Shown here piece by piece: positions 1 through 9,210 of a stretch of DNA of 64,000 nt. Source of the stretch: Candidatus Latescibacterota bacterium (GTDB lineage: Bacteria; Latescibacterota; UBA2968; GCA-2709665); the NCBI GenBank assembly GCA_965219455.1, contig OZ244744.1, forward strand, positions 192,001 to 256,000. Direction: 5' to 3'. A model generated the notes under the pieces. It worked only from the letters and a program-made list of their open reading frames with translations, had not been told where the DNA came from and ran no database searches. The position numbers and the translations under genes were made by a program. The stretch's first letter is position 1, and the number at the start of each line of letters is the position of its first letter.

Positions 1-610
1 AGAAGAATTCCTCATCCTGAATCCCGAAGGGAGTCTTCCCGTCGAAGTCCAGCCGCATCACGGACGAAAAGACCCTGGGTGCCGGATAAAAAACAGCGGG
101 AGTCAGGTCGAAGAGTATATTCGGTCGCGTATGCAACTGAACGGCAATCGACAGAACCCCGTAGTCCCTGCTGCCCGGTGCGGCGACAATTCGTCGGGCA
201 ACCTCCCGTTGAACGGTCAGGACCGCTCGCGCAAACCCAAACCGGGCATCAAGGATTCGCTGGATAACCGCGCCCGTGATGTTATACGGCAGGTTGCCCA
301 CCAGAATCGCCCGTTCAAATCCCTCCTCACGAATCAGTTTGCGAAAGTCAACCGTTAACACATCCTGGTTGCACAGACGCAATCTCCGGCCGAACCTCGC
401 CCGCAGGAAGACACACAGCGCCTCATCCCGTTCGATCCCGATCACCCTGGCCGATTGTGCCACCAACTGGTCGGTCAGCGCGCCGCGGCCCGGGCCGATT
501 TCAACGACAAGATCGTCCGCGCGGGCACCTGCCGCCCTGACGATCCTGTGGACAGCCCCTGCGTCGGTAAGGAAATGCTGCGCAAGGCCCTTTTTGGGCT
601 TCGTCATCAC
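1..610 (-). CDS. rsmA: 16S rRNA m6,2A dimethyltransferase KsgA/RsmA (5' part; runs off left edge, absent from ORF track)
   Basis: Manual translation from GTG610/ATG607 gives MTKPKKGLAQHFLTD...VVEIGPGRGALT...GNLPYNIT; start overlaps the tatD stop. Confidence 0.93.
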   Translation of the reverse strand, partial: MMTKPKKGLAQHFLTDAGAVHRIVRAAGARADDLVVEIGPGRGALTDQLVAQSARVIGIERDEALCVFLRARFGRRLRLCNQDVLTVDFRKLIREEGFERAILVGNLPYNITGAVIQRILDARFGFARAVLTVQREVARRIVAAPGSRDYGVLSIAVQLHTRPNILFDLTPAVFYPAPRVFSSVMRLDFDGKTPFGIQDEEFF

Positions 611-1371
611 ACCAACCCGAATAGCCGACGGGCATTCTCCGTGGTACGAGCGGCAAGACTGTCCACCGGCTCGTCCGCGCATCCGGCCAGGAATTCGGCA
701 ATTCGCCTGACATAGGCCGGTTCATTTCGCCGGCCCCGATGCGGGATCGGCGCAAGATACGGGCAATCGGTTTCCAGTAGCACCCGATCGGTGGGAATGT
801 CCATCGCCACAGGTAACGAAGAGGAACGTTTATACGTCACCGTTCCGCCGAATCCCAGATGGAAGCCAAGATCCACGGCCCGCTTCGCCTGAGCCGGATC
901 TCCGCCAAAACAGTGCAACGCCCCGCCAGCCGCAATGCCGCCCTCGGCCTCAAGAATCTCCATTACCCGATTCTCCGCGCCACGACTGTGGATAACAAGC
1001 GGAAGTCCCGCCTGCCGTGCCAGGCGTATATGGAACCGGAAAATTCGCTCCTGAAGGGTTCGGGGTGCATAATTCCGAAAGAAATCCAGACCCGTCTCAC
1101 CCACCGCCACAACCTTCTCACTTGATACAAGCCGCTTCAGCGCCCTCAAGCCCGCCCCGTCGGCCAGTTCGACGTCGTGCGGATGAAACCCCACGGTTGC
1201 ATAGATGCCGTCGTGTAGCAACGCCAGATCCAGCGCCCTCCGGCTCACATCCAGGTTTGTACCTACGTTGACAATGCGCCCTACCCCCGCCTCCCGGGCC
1301 CGCTGGATGATCGCTTCTTCCTCCCCCAGAAACTGAGGGAAATTCAAATGGGCATGGGTATCGACAAGCAT
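607..1371 (-). CDS. tatD: TatD family deoxyribonuclease
   Basis: DTHAH, GFHPH, VGETGLD, IHSR and LLETDCPYLAP motifs. Confidence 0.95.
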   Translation of the reverse strand: MLVDTHAHLNFPQFLGEEEAIIQRAREAGVGRIVNVGTNLDVSRRALDLALLHDGIYATVGFHPHDVELADGAGLRALKRLVSSEKVVAVGETGLDFFRNYAPRTLQERIFRFHIRLARQAGLPLVIHSRGAENRVMEILEAEGGIAAGGALHCFGGDPAQAKRAVDLGFHLGFGGTVTYKRSSSLPVAMDIPTDRVLLETDCPYLAPIPHRGRRNEPAYVRRIAEFLAGCADEPVDSLAARTTENARRLFGLV

Positions 1372-1376
1372 TGTGC

Positions 1377-3281
1377 TCAGCCCACCTCCGCTCCGTCGGG
1401 AACGTCGGCATCCGGTTGCAGCAGCGCGACACGGCCGTCCGCCGATGCCGCCAGCAGCATCCCTTCCGACGCCAAACCGCGGATTGTCGCCGGCTCCAGA
1501 TTGGCCACCACCACGATCTGACGCCCCACCAGCGAATCCGGGAGATAATGTTCCGCCACGCCGGCAACAATCTGACGTTGCTCGTCACCCAGACTGACCA
1601 GCAGAGTCAGCAGCCGGTCGGCACCGGGAACTCGTTTTGCGGATTCCACCCTGGCCACTCGAAACTCAAGCTTCTGAAACTCCTTGAACGTTACCAGACC
1701 CTCTTTCCTGTCAGCCATGTCTGTTTTCTCCGAGAGGTTTTCTTCTACCGATTCGATCCTGGGAAAAATCGGGCCACGTGCATTCACCTCCGCCCCGGCG
1801 CGCAACCCGCCCCAGGGATGAAGGCCATGCATCGTCTGCGTCTTCACATCTCCATCCGCTCCAATTTGCTCCCAGATCTCCTCTGACTTGCCGGGCAGCA
1901 CCGGAAAGAGCAGCACCGCCAGATGGCGCATCGTCTCAAGAAGGCCGTAGATTGTAGCCTTTAATGTATCCTTACCGCCCGGATCCTTGGCCAGGTTCCA
2001 CGGCGCCTGCGCTTCCGCGAAGCGATTGGCCTGCCGAACGAGGTCCCAGATCGCATCCAGAATTCCCGTGGGGTTCATATTTCCCAGCGCGTCGATCACG
2101 CCTTCCAGCGTCTTGCGCGCCTGCTCCTTCAACGCGGAAAGGACAGGGTGGTTCACTTCTGCTGCAGGTACCCGCCCGCCCAGGTATCGGTTGGCCATCA
2201 CCACGGTGCGATTCAGCAAATTGCCCAGATCGTTCGCCAATTCGGAATTATACCGGTGGACGAATCCCGTTTCGCCGAAACTGCTATCCATCCCCAGCAC
2301 CATCTCGCGCACCAGAAAATATCGAAAGGCGTCCACACCGTATTTCTCCGCCAGATCCAGGGGACGAATCGCATTGCCCAGAGACTTGCTCATCTTTTCG
2401 TCGTCTACGAGCCACCATCCGTGGGCCATCACCGTGTCCGGAGTCTCAACACCTATCGCTTTCAACATCGTCGGCCAGTAGATGCAGTGCGTGGTCAGAA
2501 TATCTTTGCCTATCAGATGGCAGGAAGCGGGCCACCACCGTGCAAACGCTTCGCCATCCTGAAGATAACCCGCGGCTGTAATGTAGTTGATCAGCGCGTC
2601 GAACCAGACATAACACACATATGACTCATCAAATGGCAGCGGAATGCCCCAGGACAGGCGGGCCTTCGGACGGGAGATACACAGATCGTTCAATGGGCGG
2701 CGCAGAAACCCGAGCATCTCGTTTCTGCGCGTTGCGGGAAGCACAAACCGTGAATCGTCTCGGATATGGTCTATCAGCCACTCCTGATATTTTCCCATGC
2801 GGAAGAAATAATTCTTCTCCGATATCCGTGCCACCTCCCGCCCGCACTCCGGGCATTTCCCGTCCAGCAGATCCTTCTCCGTCCAGAACCGTTCGTCAGG
2901 CACGCAATACCAGCCCTCGTAGTCGTCCGCGTAGATCTCTCCCGCGTCGTAGAGACGCTGGAGAATCTGCTGCACCACGTGCCGATGCCTGGATTCGGTT
3001 GTACGGATGAAGTCATCGTATGAAATATTCAAAGACGCCCAGAGTTTCCTGAAGCGTTCGACCATCTCGTCGCAGTGATCCTGGGGGTCGATACCGCGTT
3101 CCTTGGCTGCCTGCGCCACCTTCTGACCGTGCTCGTCCGTCCCTGTCAGAAACAGCACTTCGTCGCCCGCAACCCGATGATACCGGGCAAACACGTCCGC
3201 CATGATGGTTGTATAGGCATGCCCGAGATGCGGCTCGTCATTCACATAGTAGATCGGGGTTGTAATGTAGAATCGCCCCAT
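1377..3281 (-). CDS. metG: Methionine--tRNA ligase with C-terminal tRNA-binding domain
   Basis: YITTPIYYVN, HLGH, GTDEHG and KMSKS motifs; C-terminal OB-fold-like domain. Confidence 0.98.
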   Translation of the reverse strand: MGRFYITTPIYYVNDEPHLGHAYTTIMADVFARYHRVAGDEVLFLTGTDEHGQKVAQAAKERGIDPQDHCDEMVERFRKLWASLNISYDDFIRTTESRHRHVVQQILQRLYDAGEIYADDYEGWYCVPDERFWTEKDLLDGKCPECGREVARISEKNYFFRMGKYQEWLIDHIRDDSRFVLPATRRNEMLGFLRRPLNDLCISRPKARLSWGIPLPFDESYVCYVWFDALINYITAAGYLQDGEAFARWWPASCHLIGKDILTTHCIYWPTMLKAIGVETPDTVMAHGWWLVDDEKMSKSLGNAIRPLDLAEKYGVDAFRYFLVREMVLGMDSSFGETGFVHRYNSELANDLGNLLNRTVVMANRYLGGRVPAAEVNHPVLSALKEQARKTLEGVIDALGNMNPTGILDAIWDLVRQANRFAEAQAPWNLAKDPGGKDTLKATIYGLLETMRHLAVLLFPVLPGKSEEIWEQIGADGDVKTQTMHGLHPWGGLRAGAEVNARGPIFPRIESVEENLSEKTDMADRKEGLVTFKEFQKLEFRVARVESAKRVPGADRLLTLLVSLGDEQRQIVAGVAEHYLPDSLVGRQIVVVANLEPATIRGLASEGMLLAASADGRVALLQPDADVPDGAEVG

Positions 3282-3352
3282 TCACCCAACCTTTCTGGTG
3301 TTCTGTCCCGGAAATAGATTGCCGAATGGTGACATATCTCTGGGAAGGGACA

Positions 3353-4417
3353 CTAATTTCCGATTTCTTTGACGTCGCGCCAGAGAGAGACGAGGCCAAC
3401 GTGCAGATTGACATTGCGGCGATTCATCTCCCGCAACGTCTCGATCCTGCTGGCTGTCCGCTGCAGGCCCTCCAGACCGAACGCGCGGGACAAAAGCCGA
3501 ATATCGTCCACCCTTCCCCTGTGAGTCACCCCATCGGCATCGCCGTAGCGGAGAACCAGGACGTCCCGTAGCCACACCTCCGCGCCGCCGAGCAGTTGCA
3601 GGGCTTCATCTCGATCTGCAGCCAGTTTTTCCAGTGCCGCATAGGTTCTGGCCTCCTCGTCCCACAGGAGCGCCGCCAGAAACCGGTACGCCCGGTCTTG
3701 CAGGTCATCAGTCTCCCTGTCGACCATTTCGCGGGCACGCCTGAGGTTTCCGCCGCAGGATCGCGCGATGTACAACGCCTTGTCGGCGTCGACCCCCGGC
3801 CCGTCTATCAACATCCGCGCCACGTCGTCAACCGAAACGGACGAAAACACAACCCACTGACAGCGAGAGACAACCGTCGGCAGCAGGGCCTCCTGGGTGG
3901 ATGACGTGAGAATCAACAGAGAACGTGCGGGTGGTTCTTCCAGTGTTTTCAGCAGCGCATTGGCGGCTTCCACGCGCATCCGATCCGCATGCATCACGAC
4001 CGCCGCCCTCCATCCCCCCTCGAACGTGCCATATGCAAACTGCCTCTGCAAAGTTCGAATCTGCTCGATGGAAAGGGTGGCGTGGTCGGCCGGTAGTGGA
4101 TATCCGTAAGGATCTTTTACGATCTGTCGCAGCGTCTCTCGCTCCATCTCAGGCGACGTTCGCGCTGAAAACGGGAACAACAGTGACATATCCGGGTGGA
4201 TCAAACCCGCTGTCTTCCTGCATCCCCGGCAATTCTCGCAGCACCCCTCTTGCCCCTGGTCGCAGTAAAGGCTCCTCGCCATTTCAAGGGCCGCGGCCAC
4301 CTTGCCCGCACCCACCGGTCCGGTAAACAAGAGGGCGTGCGGCAAATTTTTGCTTCGCACAATCCGCTCAAGCCGCCCCTTCACGCGTTTTTGACCCACG
4401 ACTGCCTGGTCGAACAT
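3353..4417 (-). CDS. holB: DNA polymerase III delta' subunit
   Basis: HALLFTGPVGAGK, Zn cysteines, AANALLKTLEEPP, PTVVSRC; ATG4417 preferred over 4456. Confidence 0.93.
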   Translation of the reverse strand: MFDQAVVGQKRVKGRLERIVRSKNLPHALLFTGPVGAGKVAAALEMARSLYCDQGQEGCCENCRGCRKTAGLIHPDMSLLFPFSARTSPEMERETLRQIVKDPYGYPLPADHATLSIEQIRTLQRQFAYGTFEGGWRAAVVMHADRMRVEAANALLKTLEEPPARSLLILTSSTQEALLPTVVSRCQWVVFSSVSVDDVARMLIDGPGVDADKALYIARSCGGNLRRAREMVDRETDDLQDRAYRFLAALLWDEEARTYAALEKLAADRDEALQLLGGAEVWLRDVLVLRYGDADGVTHRGRVDDIRLLSRAFGLEGLQRTASRIETLREMNRRNVNLHVGLVSLWRDVKEIGN

Positions 4418-4439
4418 ACCACACCCGCCCACCATCTGA

Positions 4440-4952
4440 TTAACGCAATGCCGCAACTCCGCCGTTCACCCACTCGGAAATACGTCCGTTCAACGCCTTC
4501 AACATAACGAGCGCATCTTCCCTGGGCTTACGGTAATACCCGCGGCGAATCGCGACCGTCCGAAATCCGAGCTTCCTGTAGAGCCCAATGGCCGCCAGGT
4601 TGGAAACCCGGACCTCAAGGGTAACGACCTGTACATTTCGATCGGGCAACCCTTTCAGCACGGCCTCCACAAACTGTCGACCGAAACCTCGACGCCGAAA
4701 ATCGGTATGCACCGCCAGATCGGCCAGATGATATTCACCAGCCACAAGAAAGCCAACCGCAAACGCGACGACCCGCTTGCCATACACGTAGACAAGACTA
4801 TGGTTGTTCTGTCTGGATAGTGCGTCTTCAAAATCCCGCCTGTGCCAGGGTTCCGCGAAACCGTCGCGTTCGATGTCCACGACCACGTCGAGGTGCCCTG
4901 CGCCCATCTCACAGAGTCTAAATTCGGATATCGCCTGCAAGTCGACCCGCAT
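4440..4952 (-). CDS. rimI: Ribosomal protein alanine N-acetyltransferase
   Basis: LAVHTDFRRRGFG, TLEVRVSNLAAIGLY and YYRKPREDA motifs; follows tsaB; start trimmed to ATG4952. Confidence 0.9.
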   Translation of the reverse strand: MRVDLQAISEFRLCEMGAGHLDVVVDIERDGFAEPWHRRDFEDALSRQNNHSLVYVYGKRVVAFAVGFLVAGEYHLADLAVHTDFRRRGFGRQFVEAVLKGLPDRNVQVVTLEVRVSNLAAIGLYRKLGFRTVAIRRGYYRKPREDALVMLKALNGRISEWVNGGVAALR

Positions 4953-5670
4953 TGATTTCGGACTCCTTCGGGCCGGCATCGGCCTGATATCGCGTGGCTC
5001 TCGCGTTCTCCACCTGACTCCGGCGGAGGTATTCCGGTTCCGCCGTGTCCACGTCGACCGCATGTCCGGCCCGCAGAGCTTCAACGCCCAGAAGAGCCAC
5101 GGATGCTCCGCTGGGATGGGTGGCTCCGGGGGCAAACCGGGCGTCCTCACCCATATATGCCTCGATCCGGTTCCGGTATGCCAACCCCCCTTCGCCGACG
5201 ATCAACACCGGTTTTGGCAGCCTCGGCATCAGATCTTCGAGAGGCAACGCGGCGTTTTGAAGGCGCGCGGTCAGAACGCCTGCGTCAAGACCGTACACGC
5301 CCGCATAGACTTCGCCGCGACGGGCATCGAGCATCGCACAGACCGGCATCCCTTCAATGACAACCTGTGCCGCCATACCTTTCAGTGTCGGCACTGGCAA
5401 CAGTGGCAGATTCAACGCGATACACAGGCCCTTCGCCGCGGCCATTCCAATCCGCAAGCCCGTAAACGAACCCGGACCCGACCCCACGGCCACCCCGTGC
5501 AGGTCCGCCGGTACGAGTCCCGAGTCTGCCACGGCCCGTTCAACCATCGCCAACGTGCGTTCCGCGTGCCGCAACCCCGTATTCTGCGAATGAGACATCA
5601 GAACCCTGTCGTCGTCCACCAGCCCGACACTGCACACCGGCGTCGAGGTTTCGATTCCCAACACGTACAT
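4918..5670 (-). CDS. tsaB: tRNA threonylcarbamoyladenosine biosynthesis protein TsaB
   Basis: LGIETS, GPGSFTGLRIG, LDARRGEVY and PEYLR motifs. Confidence 0.96.
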   Translation of the reverse strand: MYVLGIETSTPVCSVGLVDDDRVLMSHSQNTGLRHAERTLAMVERAVADSGLVPADLHGVAVGSGPGSFTGLRIGMAAAKGLCIALNLPLLPVPTLKGMAAQVVIEGMPVCAMLDARRGEVYAGVYGLDAGVLTARLQNAALPLEDLMPRLPKPVLIVGEGGLAYRNRIEAYMGEDARFAPGATHPSGASVALLGVEALRAGHAVDVDTAEPEYLRRSQVENARATRYQADAGPKESEINAGRLAGDIRI

Positions 5671-5717
5671 CGCACCGCCTTACGACGCTAGAACACGGTC
5701 CCCGTCACCGCCCGGCT

Positions 5718-6740
5718 TCATAACAGGCGCTCCTGCCGCCCGTCCGGGGGATTCAACCCCAGATGCCGATAGGCCAGTGACGTTGCCTGGCGCCCCCTGT
5801 GTGTTCGCAGCAGATAACCTTCCTGAATCAGGTACGGCTCATATACTTCCTCGATGGTATCCGACTCTTCGCCCAGCGCGGCGGCCAGGTTATTGAGGCC
5901 AACCGGGCCACCTCCGTACTTCTCCACCAGAGTCGAGAGGAGCCGGCGGTCCATCTCGTCCAGGCCTTCGTTGTCGATGTCGGCCAATTCCAGCGCGCGA
6001 CCTGCAACATCGAACGTAATCGTACCCCGCGCACGCGCCTGTGCGTAATCCCGCGACCTTCGCAACAGCCGTGTCGCAATGCGGGCGGTACCCCTTGCCC
6101 GACGCGCAATTTCGAAAGCCCCCTCCGGATGAATCTCGATTTTCAATATTCGTGCGGCACGTTCGACGATTGTCTTTAATTCCGGTTCCGTATAAAAGTC
6201 CAGCCGTTCGATGATCCCGAACCGGTCCCGCATCGGACCGGTCAGCAGGCCATAACGTGTGGTTGCGCCGATGAGTGTAAACCGCTCGAGGGGGACCCTG
6301 TACGAGCGCGCGCCGGGACCACTGTCGAGCATAATATCCAGCACGAAATCTTCCATCGCCGGATACAGTGTTTCCTCCACAACCCTGTTCATCCGATGGA
6401 TCTCATCAATAAACAGGACGTCTTTTTCATTCAGGTTGGTCAGCAAACCCGCCAGGTCCGCCGCGCGTTCAAGTACGGGGCCGGAAGTCGGAACGATTTC
6501 GGCCCCCAGTTCGTTGGCGACAACAAATGCAAGCGTTGTCTTTCCCAGCCCCGGAGGACCGTAGACAAGCGCGTGGTCCATGGCCTCGCCCCGGTGCATT
6601 GCCGCATCGACCGCAATCCGAAGCTTCTCCTTGACCTTCTCCTGTCCGGTCATATCCGCAAATCGCGCCGGGCGCAACTGCTCGTCGCCTTCACACTGAT
6701 CCAGGTCTTGCATCTGAGGATCGCTTATCCTTCCAATCAT
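5718..6740 (-). CDS. ruvB: Holliday junction branch migration ATPase RuvB
   Basis: [26 protein letters not shown] and EPYLIQEG motifs. Confidence 0.98.
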   Translation of the reverse strand: MIGRISDPQMQDLDQCEGDEQLRPARFADMTGQEKVKEKLRIAVDAAMHRGEAMDHALVYGPPGLGKTTLAFVVANELGAEIVPTSGPVLERAADLAGLLTNLNEKDVLFIDEIHRMNRVVEETLYPAMEDFVLDIMLDSGPGARSYRVPLERFTLIGATTRYGLLTGPMRDRFGIIERLDFYTEPELKTIVERAARILKIEIHPEGAFEIARRARGTARIATRLLRRSRDYAQARARGTITFDVAGRALELADIDNEGLDEMDRRLLSTLVEKYGGGPVGLNNLAAALGEESDTIEEVYEPYLIQEGYLLRTHRGRQATSLAYRHLGLNPPDGRQERLL

Positions 6741-6826
6741 TCTGATCTGTCTTTCGTTATTTCCCCGAGCCCATATCCGTTCTCCGGCGTCGCGACATCC
6801 GCATGAACATCGCGCCCTCTGCGGGA

Positions 6827-7420
6827 CTATAGACGCCGTAGCGCTTCTCGGATAATCTCTTCTACCGGTACGTCGTTACCCTGATCGCGGACCACGTGGT
6901 TCACCACGCTACGCGCCTCCAACTGAGGGACGCCCAGACCCGCAAGCGCCATTGCCGCTTCCTCAGCCCGTCCCGCTACCACAGGCGATACCTGCTCCCG
7001 GACATCGTCGTCGGGCACATCGCCGATCCGGTCCTTCAATTCGAGCACCAGCCGACGGGCGAGTTTCGGGCCAATCCCCTTGATCTGCGTGAGTCCCCCG
7101 GCGTCTTCCGATGCCACCAACCTGCGAAAGACCCGGATTTGAACGCCGGAAAGGATCTTCTGTGCCAACGGGGGGCCGATTCCCGAGACTGAAATTAACA
7201 GCTCGAACAAGCCCCGCTCGGCTTCGGTTGCGAATCCGTAAATCGTCAACGAATCCTCGCGCACGTGCAAATGGGTCAATATTCTGAGGGTCTCACCCCG
7301 ACCCCGGCTGGCGTCATAACTTGATAGCGGAATATGAATGAAAAACCCGACGCCTGCAACGTCCACGACCAAATGCGTGGGGCTGTTCACGGCCAGTTTG
7401 CCTTCAAGATAGGCGATCAT
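6827..7420 (-). CDS. ruvA: Holliday junction branch migration protein RuvA
   Basis: MIAYLEG, HLHVRED and two HhH motifs (VSGIGP, IKGIGPK). Confidence 0.97.
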   Translation of the reverse strand: MIAYLEGKLAVNSPTHLVVDVAGVGFFIHIPLSSYDASRGRGETLRILTHLHVREDSLTIYGFATEAERGLFELLISVSGIGPPLAQKILSGVQIRVFRRLVASEDAGGLTQIKGIGPKLARRLVLELKDRIGDVPDDDVREQVSPVVAGRAEEAAMALAGLGVPQLEARSVVNHVVRDQGNDVPVEEIIREALRRL

Positions 7421-7424
7421 ACGA

Positions 7425-8069
7425 CTACCGACCCTTCCGTTTCGCCCCGGTCGTCCGGAACCTGGCGACGCCCATTTCCGAAAGCTTCTCTTTCAGCCGG
7501 TCCATCTGCTGCGCGCGCGCGTTCGCGCTCCCGGTTGTGGGAATGGCCGCCGCCCGTTTTCCCACAAGGGACTTTTCCTGATGTCCGTGATCGCCCGGCG
7601 CCTGAAGCCGGTTCACGTGGCAAACCGCGACAGCCAGGGCGTCGGTAACATCGTATGGGCCGGTGACGCGCTCCTGACCGAACAGATTTCGTATCATGAA
7701 CTGAACCTGCTCCTTGGACGCCCCGCCACGGCCCACGACGGCCTGTTTGACCTCGCGAGGCGCGTATTCGAAAACGGGCAGTTCCGACCTGGCGAGCGCC
7801 ACCATGATCGCGCCCCGGGCTTCGCACATCTTCATCAACGTCTTCACGTTGGCCCGATAGAAGGCATTTTCGACCGCAACCTCATCAGGCGAGTATTCTT
7901 CAACCAGCCGTACCAGGCCATCGTGAATCTCCAGCAACCGTCCGGGAAAAGAAAGACCGGGATCCGGTCGCAAACGTCCACATGCAACCAGCCGGCTCTT
8001 CCGGCGCTGGTTTTCCACCACTCCATAACCGGTAATGACACTGCCCGGGTCGATACCCATTACAAGCAA
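7425..8069 (-). CDS. ruvC: Crossover junction endodeoxyribonuclease RuvC with C-terminal extension
   Basis: GIDPGS, VAVE, EYAPREVK and TDALAVAVCH motifs. Confidence 0.96.
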   Translation of the reverse strand: MLVMGIDPGSVITGYGVVENQRRKSRLVACGRLRPDPGLSFPGRLLEIHDGLVRLVEEYSPDEVAVENAFYRANVKTLMKMCEARGAIMVALARSELPVFEYAPREVKQAVVGRGGASKEQVQFMIRNLFGQERVTGPYDVTDALAVAVCHVNRLQAPGDHGHQEKSLVGKRAAAIPTTGSANARAQQMDRLKEKLSEMGVARFRTTGAKRKGR

Positions 8070-8187
8070 GGCGTCCGCCTTTCAAGGGCGTGGATTGGAC
8101 TCGATACGCTGGTGCAAGACCGGTGACCGCGCCACGCACCTGCGCCAAGGCGAACAGTCCCGTCGGCCAAAGTCGGTCATCTTAAAA

Positions 8188-8934
8188 TTAAATCAAAGCG
8201 GCCAGTTGCTCTTCATCCATCTCGAAGTTCGCATAGACCCGTTGTACGTCATCCTGGGATTCCAACATCTCCAACAGCCGAATGACCTGAGCCGCCGTCG
8301 TTCCCTCAACGGGAACCGTATTCTGCGGCACGCGGGTCAATTCGGCGCGCTCAACGGGAATCTGTTGCGCCGCAAACGCCTTCTGCACCCCGTCAAAGCC
8401 TTGCTGTGACGTGTAAACCTCGTATACTGCTTCCTCTTCAACGATGTCTTCGGCTCCGGCTTCGAGGGCGGCCATCATCAACGTTTCTTCATCGACGTTG
8501 TCTCTGGATATCACAACCAGTCCCTTCTGATCGAAAACCCAGGCTACAGAGCCGCTTTCGGCCATGCTGGCGTTACATTTGTTGAGCAGATGCCGCACCT
8601 GGGAAACCGTGCGGTTTTTGTTGTCTGTCAATACCTCGATGAAAATTGCGACGCCTCCGGGCCCATACCCCTCGTAAACCGCCGATTCGTACGATTCGCC
8701 CGGCAGGTCGCCTGTGCCCTTCTTTATGGCGCGCTCAATATTGGCGGCCGGCATATTTTCCGATTTTGCGTTTAAAATGGCGGCCCTGAGCCGTGGGTTA
8801 TTCGCCTCATCGCGGCCCCCATCCCTCGCAGACACCGTAATTTCCCTGATCAGCCTGGTGAACAGCTTGCCCCTGGCGGCATCCGCGCGTCCTTTTTTGT
8901 GCTTGATATTTGCCCATTTCGAATGACCGGCCAT
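8188..8934 (-). CDS. yebC: YebC/PmpR family protein
   Basis: MAGHSKWANIKHKK start behind a GGAGG RBS; YEGYGPGG motif; usual position upstream of ruvC. Confidence 0.96.
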   Translation of the reverse strand: MAGHSKWANIKHKKGRADAARGKLFTRLIREITVSARDGGRDEANNPRLRAAILNAKSENMPAANIERAIKKGTGDLPGESYESAVYEGYGPGGVAIFIEVLTDNKNRTVSQVRHLLNKCNASMAESGSVAWVFDQKGLVVISRDNVDEETLMMAALEAGAEDIVEEEAVYEVYTSQQGFDGVQKAFAAQQIPVERAELTRVPQNTVPVEGTTAAQVIRLLEMLESQDDVQRVYANFEMDEEQLAALI

Positions 8935-8995
8935 AAACCGCCCACCTCCTTCGAAGATCAACAAACTCTCGAAAAAATCGCTCTAACTATTTGAT

Positions 8996-9024
8996 AATAT
9001 AGAAACAAATAGATATTAAGGCAA
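8996..9024 (-). promoter_or_regulatory. Sigma70-type promoter for the yebC-ruvCAB run
   Basis: TTGCCT-N17-TATATT on the minus strand in AT-rich DNA about 60 nt upstream of yebC. Confidence 0.6.
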
Positions 9025-9210
9025 TACAAAAAGAAGCGATTTTGCTCGCAGTTTCGCCGCCTCCGGCTTCCTTGATACGCCAGGCCACGAGACCGATCGC
9101 CGGCGACGGGACGTCCCGGCACCCACCACTGGCGACTCCACGGCGTCATGCCGGCCGAATCCCTGCTTCCGGCAGAGGTTCCGCTATTCAGGAGAACACT
9201 CCGCCGTAAA

